DNA of 62,792 nucleotides, the filler included, from Cercozoa sp. M6MM (Eukaryota; Protista; Endomyxa: Ascetosporea), in assembly GCA_040357565.1 (NCBI GenBank). It is 3 parts of 3 records of this genome, joined end to end, with 100 filler letters (N's around TTAATTAATTAA, not from the genome) between each part and the next. Parts side by side here need not be neighbours in the genome. Positions count along the whole stretch, not along the records: positions 1 to 23,413 come from JBDODJ010000169.1; positions 23,514 to 50,197 come from JBDODJ010000146.1; 1 more part is not named here. One strand, written 5' to 3'. The notes beneath the pieces are model-generated. The model had not been told where the DNA came from. It did no database searches and worked only from the letters and a program-made list of their open reading frames with translations. Both the position numbers and the translations under genes were made by a program. Of this stretch, positions 16,002-29,492 are shown piece after piece (position 1 is the stretch's first letter; the number at the start of each line of letters is the position of its first letter).

Positions 16002-16124
16002 GCAGTTTGTCGACTTGTTGCGTTGACGGACGAACGGAACCTGTTCGGTTCGGTGTTGCTCACTTTTAGCGATTTTAAGCATTCTACAATCTGCAATCGC
16101 AACTAAAATAAACACTTCGACTTT

Positions 16125-16992
16125 CTAACAGTTCATTTCGCTTCCGTCCTTGGCCACAATCTGTGCCAGCAGCGCGGCATACCGTCGCTCCAACGCCTGC
16201 ATCTGGAGCGCTCTGTCGTTGGGTGTCTCGTGTGCGCCGGCGCTTGAATCCGTCTCGACGGTGCTTAAGGTCAGCGTTGCTGACTGTGACGCGAGTGATC
16301 GAGCTTGCTTTGTGCTGGAGCGTGTGCGGCGTGTGTTGTCGCTCGCGGCATGGACGGCACGCCACGAGGTCTCGCGAATTGCGTGAGCCGCTGCGGCTGC
16401 GAAATCATAACGTTTTTGAGGTTCTTTCGTTCGCGTTTGAATCTGCTGTGACGGTCGGCGACGTTTCTTGTGCGTCGGCTCCACTGGGCTGCGTTTGCCC
16501 TGCTTTGTTTCACACGAATTTATTTCGTCTAATATTTGCTTCAGCGAGTGTGATCGGTCTGATCGATGAGAAAAACGCACCGAAACACGTCGTTTGCGTT
16601 GAATGTGACCCGGGTAAGCAAAGAAGTCGAGCGGGATCTCGGACTTGATGCCATAGATGGCGGTTCCTGCCGATCGCTCAATTAGATCAATTAAGTGTCA
16701 AAATATAAATACAGAAATATTGAGGTTAATTAATAAATCTACCGTCCTCACAGTGCGAAACCGGCGCAGAGTTGAGCGACAGAGCCGCGGCGACGTAGCG
16801 CGCGCACGGAATCAGCTGCGCCGAGTCTCCGCTGTCGGCCCCCTCGTCACTTGGAGGAGGCACCACCGCATCTGCAAAGAGGAAACGTGCACCATGGCTA
16901 AACACAGTAAATATACAGCGAACACCATCAACATCGGCGTCTAAATCTGTGAGTGGTGGCAGAAGTGACAAACAGCGCTCCCAGTCGGCCAT
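16125..16992 (-). CDS. Hypothetical protein (spliced, basic/coiled C-terminus)
   Basis: ATG 16992 gives MADWERCLSLLPP; GT-AG introns join it to long ORF 16125-16580. No family recognised. Confidence 0.5.
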
Positions 16993-17639
16993 GTTTCTCT
17001 CGGAAAAAACGGGCGCCACAAGAATTCTGATTCTGCGCTTGCGCTAGTCGCCCAATGGCTTGCACCAACACGCCAGAACGATCCACGTGCTGCACGCACT
17101 CGCGAGCACACGATTTCCGCTTAAAGCGAGGAAGGACATGCGGGGGGGGGGGGGTGGTTTGTGCCGCACAATCGCTTTTGGCATACCACCCCGCATGTCG
17201 CAAGAAAGTTCAGTTGTGATGTATTAAATTGCAGGGGACTTCAAAAGATGGGGAACAGCAATCTAAATCCTCTGTTCGGTCGTTCGGTCGGCATTAAATC
17301 AAGGTGAACTTGTTTAGTCAAGGTCTTTTCATTGTTTTCCAGCTCACAAAAAGAAATGAACCCGAACTGAACTGAAACAAAGGCGCATTCGCTTTAATTT
17401 GACGTAACTCATTGTCAGTCAGTTACCTTTACGTGCCAGGAATTTTGGGAAGTTGTTTACAATAGAATTAAACCTGACTGCAAAAGGCTACATGTTACCT
17501 TTAATTAAAAATGCATAACAGCGTTGCCGCGGTTACGTAACCTGCCTTGCCTGCGTCCGTATTGCACTCGCTCGTTGTCGTTGTTCGATTTGGCCGTCAC
17601 ACTGAGTACACAATTGTTCGAGACACGAAATATCTACCT

Positions 17640-19721
17640 TTAGACTCCTGAAAAATAATACCCACTGCCATGAAACGGTTGCGAGGAATACACGCCGTGC
17701 ATTTTTCCAAGGCGTGGCAACTGTCCAGAAACCCGTTTGACCGGAGCGCTAGCTTGCTGTAGTTCAGAAACTTTTGGCGACAGCTGCGTACTGTACGGTG
17801 CGAGGAAGCTGCTTCCGTACGCGTGTGACTGTCCGTGCGTGTGTGTCTTGACACTGGAGCCGATACCGTGGTACCGAGGTATGCGCGGCAAGTGCGCTTG
17901 ATCGTGTACTTGAGCATGCGTTCTTCCATTCGAATGAAGCTGTGTTTGACTCCCTTCAATGGCATGTCCGGTGATCGAAAACAAAGGCGGAAACTCTGTT
18001 TGCCGTTGTTCAGCTGGATGTCGTTGTGGAACTGCCAGTGGTCGCATCGCACGTGGCTTGTGCACCTGCGAATTACAGCATTGTTGTACTTGAGGTACTC
18101 TACACAATGTACAAAGACAGTACTGGTGTATGAGAAGGTACGACTGCTTGAGGTCTTGCGAATTCGTCTCTGCCAGAGCGCGCAGGTTTTCTCCTTGCCG
18201 ACTCCGGTGGCGGAAGTGAGTTTTTCCTCTGCACCTGACTTCAGAATCTTTTTTAAACACTGGAAGTGAACTTACAAAGAGCAGCGATCGACGTGCGCGT
18301 TGTGGCGGTGCATTTGCCGACTGCTCCAAGTGCTATCGATTTAAAAAAACAGTAGGAACGAGAAAAAGGAAAGATACTGCACATGTGCAAGATTGTACCT
18401 GTCGCAACGTGGGTTTCTCCTCCTTGCGAGCAGAGTGATTCTCTTGTTTTTGTACATGCTTGTGTGCCTGCGTTTTGTGCGGCAATGTTGTACCGAAAGC
18501 AGGATAGTGTTGATGCTTGGCATCCATCGTAGAGTCTTCCATCGCATGCGGAGGCGAAGGCGGCCGTTCTCCGATCTGTGCAGCAGTGTGTTTGAGCCTC
18601 GGTACGCCTTCTTTCGACCCTTCGGCGCCATTTTTTGCCTTCGAAGGGACCTGTTTCGGCAACGGTGTCTTTTGTGCAAAGTATGGGTGAGTAAGGAGTT
18701 GAGCTGCCGTAGCACGTCGTTTCGGGTTCCACTGCAGCACACTCTGCATCACATCGATAGCGGCAGGTGACGCTGTTGGTAGTAAGTAGGCTAGTGATGC
18801 CGCATTGAGACGCGGCCATCGCATACGCAGTTTCGTAGCCAGTTGGTGTCCGTGCGGCCATTCCTCAGCACCTGGAGAACCCAAAACAGCACAGATCTTG
18901 TACACTTCGTCCGGCTCGTTCTTGCCTGGAAATAGCGGACGCAACGAAATCATTTCGGCCATGATGGCACCGACTGCCCACAGATCGACTGCTGCACTGT
19001 AGTCTCTTTGTCTCAGCAGCACTTCTGCTCAAAAGGGATCCAGTGTAATTAGTAAGTGAGTCAAACACTGACATGAACAAGAATGCCTGCGCGAGTGTAC
19101 CTGGCGCACGGTACCAACGCGTGCTGACGTAGTCTGTGTATGGCGGCGCAGAACGGATTTCGCGTGCGAGTCCGAAATCTGCAATTTTGCAAGAAATCGC
19201 TCCACTGCTGGAACAGGTTCGCACAAGGAGATTCTCCGGTTTGAGATCGCGGTGAAAGAAGCCGTGCTTGTGCATGTAGTCGAGGCCCAGAAGAACCTGT
19301 CGCATCACGTGCCTCACTTCATCGTCGCTGAATGAGGAATTGCTTTGCAATCGCTCTTTCATGAGCTCGTACAAATTGCGTTGCATGTGCTCAAACACAA
19401 AGAATAGTTCGTTGCTGTCGCGAATCACTTCCTTCAGCTGCACGATGCTCTCGTGCGACAGCTTTCGCAGCGAGCGCACCTAAAGCACAGCAAAACGTTC
19501 TTTCGTGACATTAAAACGGTATTACTCGGTGTAGAGAAAGTAAATGAAGAGAAGAGTGATTTTAATACCTCGCGTAACTGAAGGCATTCGCGCCATGAGA
19601 AAAACTTGCGCTTCATCTTCTTGATTGCGACGATCTCGCCTGTGGCCCTGTTCTGTGCCTTGAACACACTGCCAAAGGTACCATCGCCCAGAGCTCCCAA
19701 CTCGCGATATCGATTCATCAC
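17640..19721 (-). CDS. MAK: MAK/ICK-like (RCK family) Ser/Thr kinase
   Basis: [76 protein letters not shown] (TDY activation loop). Confidence 0.93.
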
Positions 19722-20026
19722 TCAGCTTGCTTTGTGCAGCTGAAACGGTGTTGGAAGTGTGCTGTGCGTGTGGCAAGCAAGCAACCCTGAGCCGACTTCT
19801 ATAGGCGCACGGCAGAACTGAGTGGCCTGCCGACTTGCACACGTCTGCACAATCTACGTTGCGAAAAGTTCTATGCCTTTGCAAATCTGAGACCCTTATC
19901 GCCTTAGACACACTGCAAGGCATGAGCCGAGATTTTCGGCAGTTTTGTATGAGCTCCGCGCGGCTGTATCAATTCTAAAAAAGCAACTTCCCCAATCGCG
20001 CAGGATAGTGATATGGGTTTAGAACG

Positions 20027-21011
20027 ATGCTGAATATGCTCAAAAAGCGTCACACCGGTCTAAATTCACAACCACAAGACTGCAGCGAGACAGAATCCTG
20101 TTTTTCCTCACCAGGCTCTCGTTGGGCGGCTCGAGCCGAGCGTTAAAACTCACTTTTAGCGCACTATTGGTGTGTGCACACATGTCAACTAGAAGAAAGG
20201 CCCGGAGGGCCGTGCTCACGTTGGTGAGGCTGCGACTTTTTTCTAGTTTGCGTTCTGATTGTTTTCTTCGCATTTGAGCAGACCGACGCTGCTGCCAAGC
20301 GCATCAAGACACTCGCAGAGCGCAAAAATGGTATCCTCGCAATGGCTCGAGTTGGCTGTTGTGCTGAACGAATTGCATTGCACTGCATTAAACTGCTGCT
20401 CTGTTAGATCCGTCGAAAGTGGTTCGGCTCGGAGTGCGGGCTCGAGGCTGCAACGGGTTTTCATATGCGCTGAATTACATTTCGCGCGACGAAATCGAGG
20501 ATGACTTTGATGAAGGTAAAATTGGAGAATTATCTGAGTATAATTTACGAGTGAGTTGTATTCTCTCGATTCTCTCGTGTATGTGTACATTTCTGCAGTG
20601 GTGAAAGCCAACGACGGCACAGAACTCATCGTCGATGGCAAGGCAGTGTTTTATGTGCTCGGCACAGTAATGGACTGGGTAGAGGATGATCTAAGGGTAT
20701 CCTTTCTCTTTCAAATCATCATCATTGTTCAATGTAGTTTGTATGCTGGACTTTCGGTTTTGAGTAGGCAGAGTTCCTGTTCACGAACCCAAATGCAACT
20801 GGTATGAATCACATCTGTTCCAACTATCGCTTGTTGCCTAGACTGAACTGTCTGCACTCCAGGTGAATGCGGATGCGGAGAGTCGTTCACTGTCGACGGC
20901 GACAGGCCACCGCCGGCCGAGTTTGCCGCTGCCATCGAACACGTCAAGCAGCAGATGCAGAGCGATAACAACTCGCAACCGGATGATGAGGAGTCGTTTA
21001 AGCCGGAGTAG
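20027..21011 (+). CDS. ISCA1: Iron-sulfur cluster assembly protein IscA1 (start uncertain)
   Basis: LTLTDAAAKRI, RLGVRARGCNGFSY, LGTVMDWVEDDLRAEFLFTNPNATGECGCGESF. Confidence 0.92.
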
Positions 21012-21138
21012 CTAGCAACCGAGAACCTTCCGTCTGTCGTGTCCGCGCAGAAGTTCGATCACGAACTGGATTTAATTTACTTTTCTATAAGTTTATTTAG
21101 CCTGCGCCAATTTTTCAATTCGGCCGGGTCAAGCCACG

Positions 21139-22274
21139 CTAGGGAGCGGCCTTTTGCGGCATACGACGCGCGTCGCGAGCCTTGTTCTTCTTGCGACGCT
21201 TCTCAACAAAACGTGAGAGTTTTCCGGCTTTTTGCAAATGGGCGAAACGCTCAGCAAGTTCCTGTGCACAGACATGATGCTGCGTGCTACCAAAGAGCAA
21301 CCAAAGTACCATCTCGCGGATCTCTCGTCGTTTCGGGAAGTACGGACGCTTGCCTTGCTTGATCTGTTCGATCTCAGTCTTGCGCACCTGCGAACGCACC
21401 TTACGCTTCACATCGAGTCGCATCTTGTTGGCTTCTTCGTTTTTCTATCGAAAGCGCAAAAGCGAAATGAAAAAACAAAATGAACCGAGCGAAAAGGCAA
21501 CGTACAAACTGTTGCAACTGCTGCTTCAATTCCTCGCGTTTCGCTAGTGATTTCGTCTTTTTCAGCGCTGTTTGCAGCTGCTTGAACTCCTGCTGTCTCT
21601 TTTCTCTGCAATTTAAACGGAGAACGCGTGAAAGCACGCAACGGGTGTGGAAAAGAAGCAGCAACCTACTTGATCACAGTGCCGTATGTATCGTCAAAAA
21701 TGTCGGCTCGAAAGTTGCCGCAACTCGGATCTGCAAAAAAGAATTATAGCTATTCAGCTTGCACTTCAAGAAAACATCGCAGTGGATTGTACCGAATCGA
21801 GGATCACGCCGGTGCTTGGCAATGTTGCTGTTCTTGACACCTGGGACAATTTGACCAGATTTTTCGAACAAACGTGTTTGTTTTTTTAGATACCATCACC
21901 ACGACGTCTCCTCATCGGCACCCGCGACGACATTTCAGTTGGCGCATTTCGTGATGCCTTTAATACCAGTAAATAGAACTACATGCAGAGGACAAAGAAC
22001 AGGCACCTTGCGCAAGTTTAGTTGCGGTTTCTGCTTCCGATCTTGTGCCTCCTGAGTCACGATAAATAAACCAGAAATAGTCAAACTCGACCCAAAACAA
22101 CCAAAATACCATTTCCGCGGCAATCTCACGACGACGCCTGTCACGTGCGGTGTCGGGCAGCGCATTTTCCGCGTCACTGTCGCTGTCGGACTCGTCGTAT
22201 TTTTGATCATTCCGCTGTTGGGCCTTTTGGGCACGCAATCGCGCCAATCGCTCTGCGAATGTGCCTTCTGACAT
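21139..22274 (-). CDS. RRP36: Ribosomal RNA processing protein 36
   Basis: RRDPRF, KQGKRPYFPKRREIR, ERFAHLQKAGKLSRFVEKRRKKN. Confidence 0.85.
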
Positions 22275-22397
22275 GAGCACACGACACAGTTTCTGTTCGG
22301 CACGCAAATAGCACAGGACCTGGAGGAGCGCTGGTTGGTTTATTTTTCAGACTTGAGAAGTTGTTTTGAGTGCATTAGTCGCGTCGGTGCGTGCGAG

Positions 22398-23326
22398 ATG
22401 ACGCAAAGTTCCCTAGAAGCACTCTTGGCCGTTTTGGGCCAAGAACCTGACGACATTGACGATGTCAGCATTCCGCAGCTGCGCACCGAGACGCGACTGA
22501 AGCTCGCCAAGAAACACGTAGCAGCTGCTTTGTCTTGTTGACTTAAAAGTGCTTAGCTGTACTTATGCATGTACAGCTTGAGTTGAAGAAGGAGAACGTC
22601 AACGAGAACGTGCTGGCGCTGCTTGCTGCCGTATTTCTTATTTGTATCTTTGTGTGGTCATCGTGTAAATGTTTACTGTCGTCACAGACAGCGTCGAAAC
22701 CGTCAAAAACGCGCGATGCCATCATTTTCGCCTCCTTAACAGAGTTACTTCGGGGTACGCTTTGTTTTGTACCTTTGCGCTTCCCCTTAATTCGTGCATA
22801 TTGTTTAGACACTTCGGGCCTGAGCGAGGCGGAAACTGACGCGATTTCTACTTCGCTTGCGCATCTGCTGAGTGTCTCTCCGTCGCCTGGTATCTCTCTG
22901 TTTGTGCTTCAGGACTACACAATACCTCGAACATGGTTGTTTGTGTGTTAGGTGTTTCGCACCTGCTGACTGCGTGTGCGCAACGTGTGCCGCCTCATGC
23001 CGGTGTCGCCGCTGCTTGCGCCTCCTTGCTGCTGCAGGTAGACTGTAGCCACCGTAATTCTGACAGTTTATGAAAGAGCTATGTGGCACAGAACGACGAG
23101 TCGGGCGAGTCACTGCTGACTGAGATCTGTGCGAAGCATGACGAGAGTGTGCAGCGTGTACTTTGACCATTCTAGCCTTTCCTGTTCCAGGCAGGGTAGA
23201 CTGAGATTGTGTTTGTGTGTTTTAACAGGTGCTGAAACTGCTGCGAGTGGTCGAGTCGCCCAACACGACGCGCGTTCTGTCAACGCTTCTGTCGGCGCTG
23301 CCTCTCACTCGGCGCCTTGCTGTGGT
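22398..23326 (+). CDS. Hypothetical helical protein, 5' part (truncated by contig end)
   Basis: ATG giving MTQSSLEALLAVLG and a series of short GT-AG exons running into (TA)n and the gap. Confidence 0.45.
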
Positions 23327-23363
23327 ATCCAGTATAGTACCACACAACGTATCTATCTTGTAT

Positions 23364-23413
<50 letters not shown>

Positions 23414-23513
23414 NNNNNNNNNNNNNNNNNNNNNNNNNNNNNNNNNNNNNNNNNNNNTTAATTAATTAANNNNNNNNNNNNNNNNNNNNNNNNNNNNNNN
23501 NNNNNNNNNNNNN
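23414..23513. other. Assembly gap with artificial TTAATTAATTAA linker (contig join)
   Basis: N44-TTAATTAATTAA-N44, with stops in all six frames; an identical construct is at 50198-50297. Confidence 0.95.
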
Positions 23514-23519
23514 AGTCAA

Positions 23520-23717
23520 TAGGGAGTAAATAGGGAAGTCAATAGGGGGTAAACAGGGGGTAAATAGGGAAGTAAACAGGGGTAAATAGGGGTGTAAAAA
23601 AGGGCACGTAAACAGGGGTGTAAAAGGGCGCGTAAACAGGGGTGTAAACAGGGGGGTAAACAGGGGGGTAAACAGGGGGGTAAACAGGGGGGTAAACAGG
23701 GGGTAAACAGGGGGTAA
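23520..23717. repeat. G-rich minisatellite (GTAAACAGGGGG-like ~12-mer), intronic on the minus strand
   Basis: More than ten imperfect tandem units; begins at the GT donor after exon ...ALRRAE. Confidence 0.85.
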
Positions 23718-23719
23718 GA

Positions 23720-24118
23720 CCTCGGCGCGACGCAGCGCGCGCGTCATCCAGGGCAGCGCGAGGTGCCGCGAATGCCGCAGCAGGCCCGCGGAGGCCGAGG
23801 CGTCGGTCTGCAGCCGCTGCTCGACGAGTGCGTCGATGTCACGAGGCACGGCGTCACTCGCGGCACGCTGCAGCGACGGTTTGATCTCCTCGCGCAGAGC
23901 CTGATCGATCAGACACACAACAACCGTGTTCGCACACGTGTGCTGACACTGCCGACTCCTACCTGCAAGGCCGGCGACGACGACGAGCGCGACGGCCGCA
24001 GTCCGAACGTGTCCTGCGCCGGCGCCATCGGAACCTGCCCTCAACACATAGCAGCACATACATGTCCTGCACACACTGATGTCAAATCCAAACTACCAAA
24101 GGACCCACGGAACTCATG
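23720..24118 (-). CDS. Hypothetical protein, 5' part (truncated by contig end)
   Basis: Spliced MSSVGPL/VPMAPAQDTF.../ALREEIKPSLQRAAS...WMTRALRRAE; GC-rich codons. Confidence 0.45.
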
Positions 24119-24589
24119 TTTGCGGCATCCAAACACCACAACTTTATTGTATTTCTCGTTTTTTCCTCTCTCTTTTTTTATGACTCTATCCACGATGCAA
24201 CTTGCGCCACACTCGGCCCCAACCCTGCCTATACTAAGATCTCACGGCTGGCTGCCTTCCACTCTCTCGAATTCAACGTCTCTCTCGAATCGACGCGCCC
24301 TTAAATAAATCTATGATTTTGCGCGATACAACTCTTGTTGGCCCGTTCATTAGATATTTTAGCTCCATTTGCACTGCTAATTTAGACTAAGCAAGCACCG
24401 TGCAAATGTACTTGGTTTTATTTCGACATTTGTTGGGTTCTTCGTTGGTCCGAAACAGTCATCGGAAATACTGCTTGCCCAGGTAGGCTTGCAATTGCGG
24501 AGAGCTTACGGCAGTGCAAAGTACTCTCACTGAATTAAACCGAGAGTGACGAAAAGAATAGCTGCAACAACGTCCACCGACTGGGAACA

Positions 24590-25708
24590 ATGAAGATGAT
24601 TTGCATGTGTGCGATGGCACTGCTGACCGCCAGTGCGGCATTTGTGCACGCCCAAGAGACTCAAGATTCTACAGCGGCGCCTTCTGCGGATCCTACGACA
24701 GCTGCTGCCACCACGAAAGTAAGAGTCGACTTTGTTTGAAGATGCACAGAGTAGACTTTTCGGGATCAAACAAAAATCTGTAGCCACAGCCGCCGGCAGA
24801 GTGTGGCATGAAACACGTCGCACCGTCGTTCTTCATCGTCAACAACGATCGAAACGAAGCCACGGTGCGCATACGATTCGATGGCTCGCACATGGTGTGT
24901 GCCTCGGACGCCATTCGCATCGGTGCAGGGTGAGCTCGACCACTTTTCCTCCCTTGATATGAGAAGGTACAGTAAGTTACATGTTGTATTGGACACACGC
25001 GAACAGATCGCCGCGTGAAGACACATACATCGAATTGTGTAAGTCTAAGTATTAAATTAAGCCATCGTACGTGTATTCATTGAGTGAGTAACCGTATCTG
25101 TTTGGGCAGTGAACTGGGAAGGCAGCCGATCGGCATCGTTCTGGGGTGTCGTTCCGCAAGACGACATCTTTTTGACGTTCATTGCACTCAAGGACTTCCT
25201 GCGTCCGCTCGAGTTCGACCTCCGGGTCAGAGGATTGAATCCCAAGTCTGCACGTGACCTGGGAGTCGAGGTCTATGTCGAGTATGACTCCTGGAACTAC
25301 GTCGCACAACGCTTTGACCTCTTCCTCTGGTACAGTGCTAATAGTATCATACCAGCCAATGTACATGGTCGAATGTACAGGTATGTTCAAGAAGTCGGCG
25401 TTCGCAACACGGGACAGGACGTGGCAGCTCTGCCGCCAGTCGAAGACAACCCGAATTCCTTCTCGGTTGAGCAGACCAACTGCTTCAACGACTGGGCCGC
25501 CAATTCTCGCGACTGTCGCAGTCGCCTGGCCAATCCACCCTACAATGGCGACCCCGGCAACGCAGATGGGAACCAGAACAATAACGGGGGCGACCAAGGC
25601 AACGACGGCAACAGCGTCGATGGTGGCCAGCAGGACAACAGTGCGGCCAGCGCACTGTCGCTGTCGATGACTGCACTTCTTACGTACGATATTGTTTCCC
25701 TTTGGTAA
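24590..25708 (+). CDS. Secreted, probably GPI-anchored surface protein of unknown family
   Basis: Signal peptide MKMICMCAMALLTASAAFVHAQ, Thr/Ala linker, globular region, N/G/D-rich linker, then NSAAS and a hydrophobic C-terminus. Confidence 0.75.
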
Positions 25709-26039
25709 ATGTGAAGAGCCTTGCTTGATATTGGAAATTATTGAGCAGCGGAGTCACACTCGCAGCTCTCGCGCGCAACTAAATTGAACCGCTGGCACGC
25801 TCAAACTGCTCGATTGAGTTGAACGGCTGAACGAATTGAACTAAACTGAACCGACTCAAACAGGAACTTGAACTTCGCTTCCTGTAGCGAATTGAACCCG
25901 AGTCTGTCTGAGTGTCGATACAGTTAACCGACAGGTCTGAGATTCTAATTCAGTTTTACGGGTACAGTAGTTAGTTGAGTTTGCGTTGACAAGAAACCAA
26001 GTATCGATAGTTCCCCTGCCTGCACCACCTTCATGGCAC

Positions 26040-26165
<126 letters not shown>

Positions 26166-26599
26166 CGTACAACGAGTCAGTGATGAATTATATTTAGATC
26201 TACTCCAGATATCGATACTTAAAAGTTATTAGTTTACAGGGTAAATCGGACTGTAAGTTTATCATGAAGGAATTTAATTACGTCGGTACTCCTTCGTGTG
26301 TTGGGCCATGATCGCGACAGAGAGGACACCCGTTGCGCCATCTCAGCAAGCACAGTGCATGGAACACGTGTGCTCCACAACTTGCCCACCGTGCGTGCTC
26401 CTTGTCACTACGATACAAACTTAAGTCAAATGACTGTGTGCATACATTGACACAACGAAAGGCGAGGGACTGCTGCAGTGAGAGTATTATTTACGCGATA
26501 GCATGGTGCATTTGGTCGGTCGAAATTCTTCCGTTTGCGATTGCTTTGGGTCAGCGTGCAAGTCAAAGGTTTCTGCGGTGGCGTCAAACACCGACGTTG

Positions 26600-27654
26600 C
26601 TAAGTTTCGTAAAGGTAAAGAGTTGCACAATAGCTTGCTTCGAAGATACCATGTTCGGAGATGATATCCATTGTTTGAGCGGCGTAACGCAGCATCGCGC
26701 CGATCGGATGGATTAATGCCGACAGAGGCGTCCTGGTGTTCGCGTTTTCGAGCTCGAGTGCGGCAAAGTAAGCCAGGTCGATGACGTGGAATAGCGCACT
26801 CACTTTGATGCTGAACAGAGACTGTCGACTGCGCGCAAAATCACACAAATTTACAGTTAAATTTAGATAAATGTAAGTTTACTGTAAGTTACAAACAACT
26901 TTACTCAGTTTCCATGCGTGGTTGCATTCCATCGACTTGATCAAGCATCCAGCACAACGGGAGCAGCACGTGCTCGTGGAATTCAAGCATCTTCGTTTTT
27001 CGCACGCTCAAAATTTCGCCGACGAGCTTGTGGAAGAGTGGTCTGCGAGCAGCGTCGATATATGCGAAGTTGATGCTGGAAATGACACTTTCCGGCAGAA
27101 CGAGCAAAGCAAACGTGGCGAGTTTGTCCCGCACTGCCTCTGGGCCATTCAACAGTGTAGGCTGGGCATCTAAAGGCATGTGTGTCATTGCCACGATGCT
27201 TTCGTACAACACTGCCACAGAAAGTGGCGCTTCGGTTGTCACTTCTCGTAGGAGACAAGCCAGGCAAACATAAACCACACAACTGAAGCAGGGTAAAAGC
27301 TTATATTGAACAAAAGGTACGGACAAACTGCATGGCAGAGACGCATTCTCGTGGGTTTCCGTCGAGGAGTCGCGGGAGACCCAAGTTCAAGGGCATTGGC
27401 GGTACCAGTCCTCTGGCCTGGACTCCACGTCTTGACATCAAGAATTGAAAGACCTGCCAATGATTAGCATCGCGCACCGGACCCATGTACACGTCCGGCA
27501 TCCTGCCGACGTGGAAACGATGGCGCAATTGGAGCAAAATGACAAAGATCATGTATCCCAGTGCGAGGAACAGAGCGAACAACTTGATCGCCACTTTCAA
27601 AATCACGTAGGCAAGAACGGCGCCTAGCAGCAACTCTATCACTTGCATCGGCAT
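26600..27654 (-). CDS. Hypothetical membrane-anchored protein (3 exons; 3' end uncertain)
   Basis: N-terminal hydrophobic stretch LLLGAVLAYVILKVAIKLFALFLALGYMIFVILL; ORFs 27301-27654, 26901-27326 and 26600-26848 can be joined by GT-AG introns. Confidence 0.55.
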
Positions 27655-28090
27655 TGCGAGCTCCGCAGAGAACAGCGACAGAAATCCAGGCTTCTAAGTT
27701 TAAAGTAAAATCATAATCGCCCGACCGACCGCAGTCGCCCCGGAGTCTCCGCTCCAACCTGTCCTGGTTGTGAGCGATACCTGTACAACGCGTAGCTTCG
27801 GAAGGCGGCCCGCGGTGTAGCTACGCCGGCGGCTTTCGTTTTCTTTAATAAAATGGGTACAGTCGTCGCACGATCCGAGGTTCGGACTTTGACATTCAGT
27901 TTTCTGGATCGGGAGAACTTAACAAACAACTGCGCTAGTACGGTCACTTTTTAATACGATGTATCCAGCAGCAACCTACTAAATAAATGCAGCAACTTCC
28001 TTTTGGATCGATGAGGTGATTAGGAGTGAAGGAGTACGCGACGGTTATGATCAGTTTGAACGTCAAAGACGCTCACTGTTTCACTTTTGT

Positions 28091-29180
28091 TCAATTATAG
28101 CTTTTACCCTGCTGGCACAGTTTGACTTTAAAAACACTGTTATACTGCTTGCACACACACACACGTCGCTCAAGGAAGCGTCGTGACGCGACCACGTCTG
28201 CGGCGCACAACACGGCGCGTTTTCCTGCGTTCGTTGCGCTTGTCGAACAGAGCCAGCAGCGACGCAGCACGCGGGACGCAGAAACGCAGCACGGAGCCGT
28301 CATTTGCGATCAGCTGGAGTTCGCGCAACGTGGCCTCAGCGAATTCTTTATCAGCTGCACAGTTAAAACATCGGTTGAGAGTTATCGGGCAAAAACGAGA
28401 AAAGAACAACTGATCATTTACCCTCAAGCAAGGAGCGTTGTAGCATGCCTTTCGCGATTCGCGGTCGAATAAAGTATCTTTCAGCATCAAAAAAGTCACG
28501 CACAAGCGCTTCCTTTCGCTGCCTGATTTCTCGACTAGCTTCAATCCTGTCTGCTCCTTTTTTGGGCCGAAGTAGCGAATCGAGATGACGCAGCACCCAC
28601 TCGCGCATGTCTTCAGTGAAGAACCACACCTCCGTGCCTGTGGCCAGAATGGCGAGTCTGATTACGCCCAGACTGCACAAAACGCGCAGCTGTCGCTCCA
28701 ACACTCGTTGCCTCTGCAGTCAGCGAAAAAAGAGGAAAAAACGAAAGGAATGATAATAGTTTTAAAAAAACAAAAACAGCAAACTGAAAGGACCTGGGCG
28801 TGACTGGCAACATTGGTATCGATCTTTGTTGCGCGGAAAAGCTGCTCCTGTGAGACGACAGGCGGAACTTCGCATTGCTCGAATCTTGTACGGAAGCGCG
28901 GGCCATATCTTTCAACAAGCACTTTCTGCAGGAAGATAGGCTTCGGAAGTTCTCCTTTGCGTAAATCGCATGGAGGATGTACCTCGATCCTTTGTTCTAC
29001 CAAGGTGGTGTCTACATCATCGTTTTCGTCGAATTCAAACGCTGCGACAGGAAAGCTCGGCATGTTTAGAACCGGCGTTTCTCGAAAAAGGCTGTGAAAC
29101 GCATTTTTCACATCCCCTTGATTGGGCTTCAGATTGAGTAGCACCCGAATGCCCAGTGATCGTTTGACTTGGTCATTCAT
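28091..29180 (-). CDS. STK19: STK19-like winged-helix protein
   Basis: PPVVSQEQL...ERQLRVLCSLGVIRL...FFTED resembles the STK19 segment PPIVLRSQV...DRQLKELQEQGEIRI...IFTED (recalled, not searched). Confidence 0.55.
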
Positions 29181-29492
29181 GCAAAACTGTAACTGCTCGT
29201 GTGCATGAGCAATCTTCTAAACGGCGTGCGTCGACGAAAACGCGGTTCAAAACACACGCAGATTGATTGGTCCATTCGCGGAGTCCATTTCTCCTGATCG
29301 GTGTGGCGAAGTCGTCGGCTTGGCTTTGCACTCAGTGATTTTTGAGGACTTATTATAGTCGTCGTGCGTTCAGGTGAGTTTGGCTTGTTCTGTGTGCACT
29401 GCACGGGCTTTGCGTGAGCATCGCATCTTTTTTTTTCCTCGAGCAACAATGGATCGCTCATTGATAGTTCTGTGTGTTGCTGGTCATAGTCC

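Noticed and set aside
17490-17545. Additional element terminus (TGTTACC...GCGGTTACG)
   Set aside because: Too short and degenerate, with no TSD or internal homology.
23458-23469. TTAATTAATTAA palindrome (also at 50242-50253) as a biological site
   Set aside because: Centred in exactly symmetrical N-runs; it is a six-frame-stop contig linker. Adjacency across it is not trustworthy.
23466-23900. TTI2 assignment from ...RRAEVLPP
   Set aside because: VLPP comes from intron sequence; the remaining similarity is too weak.
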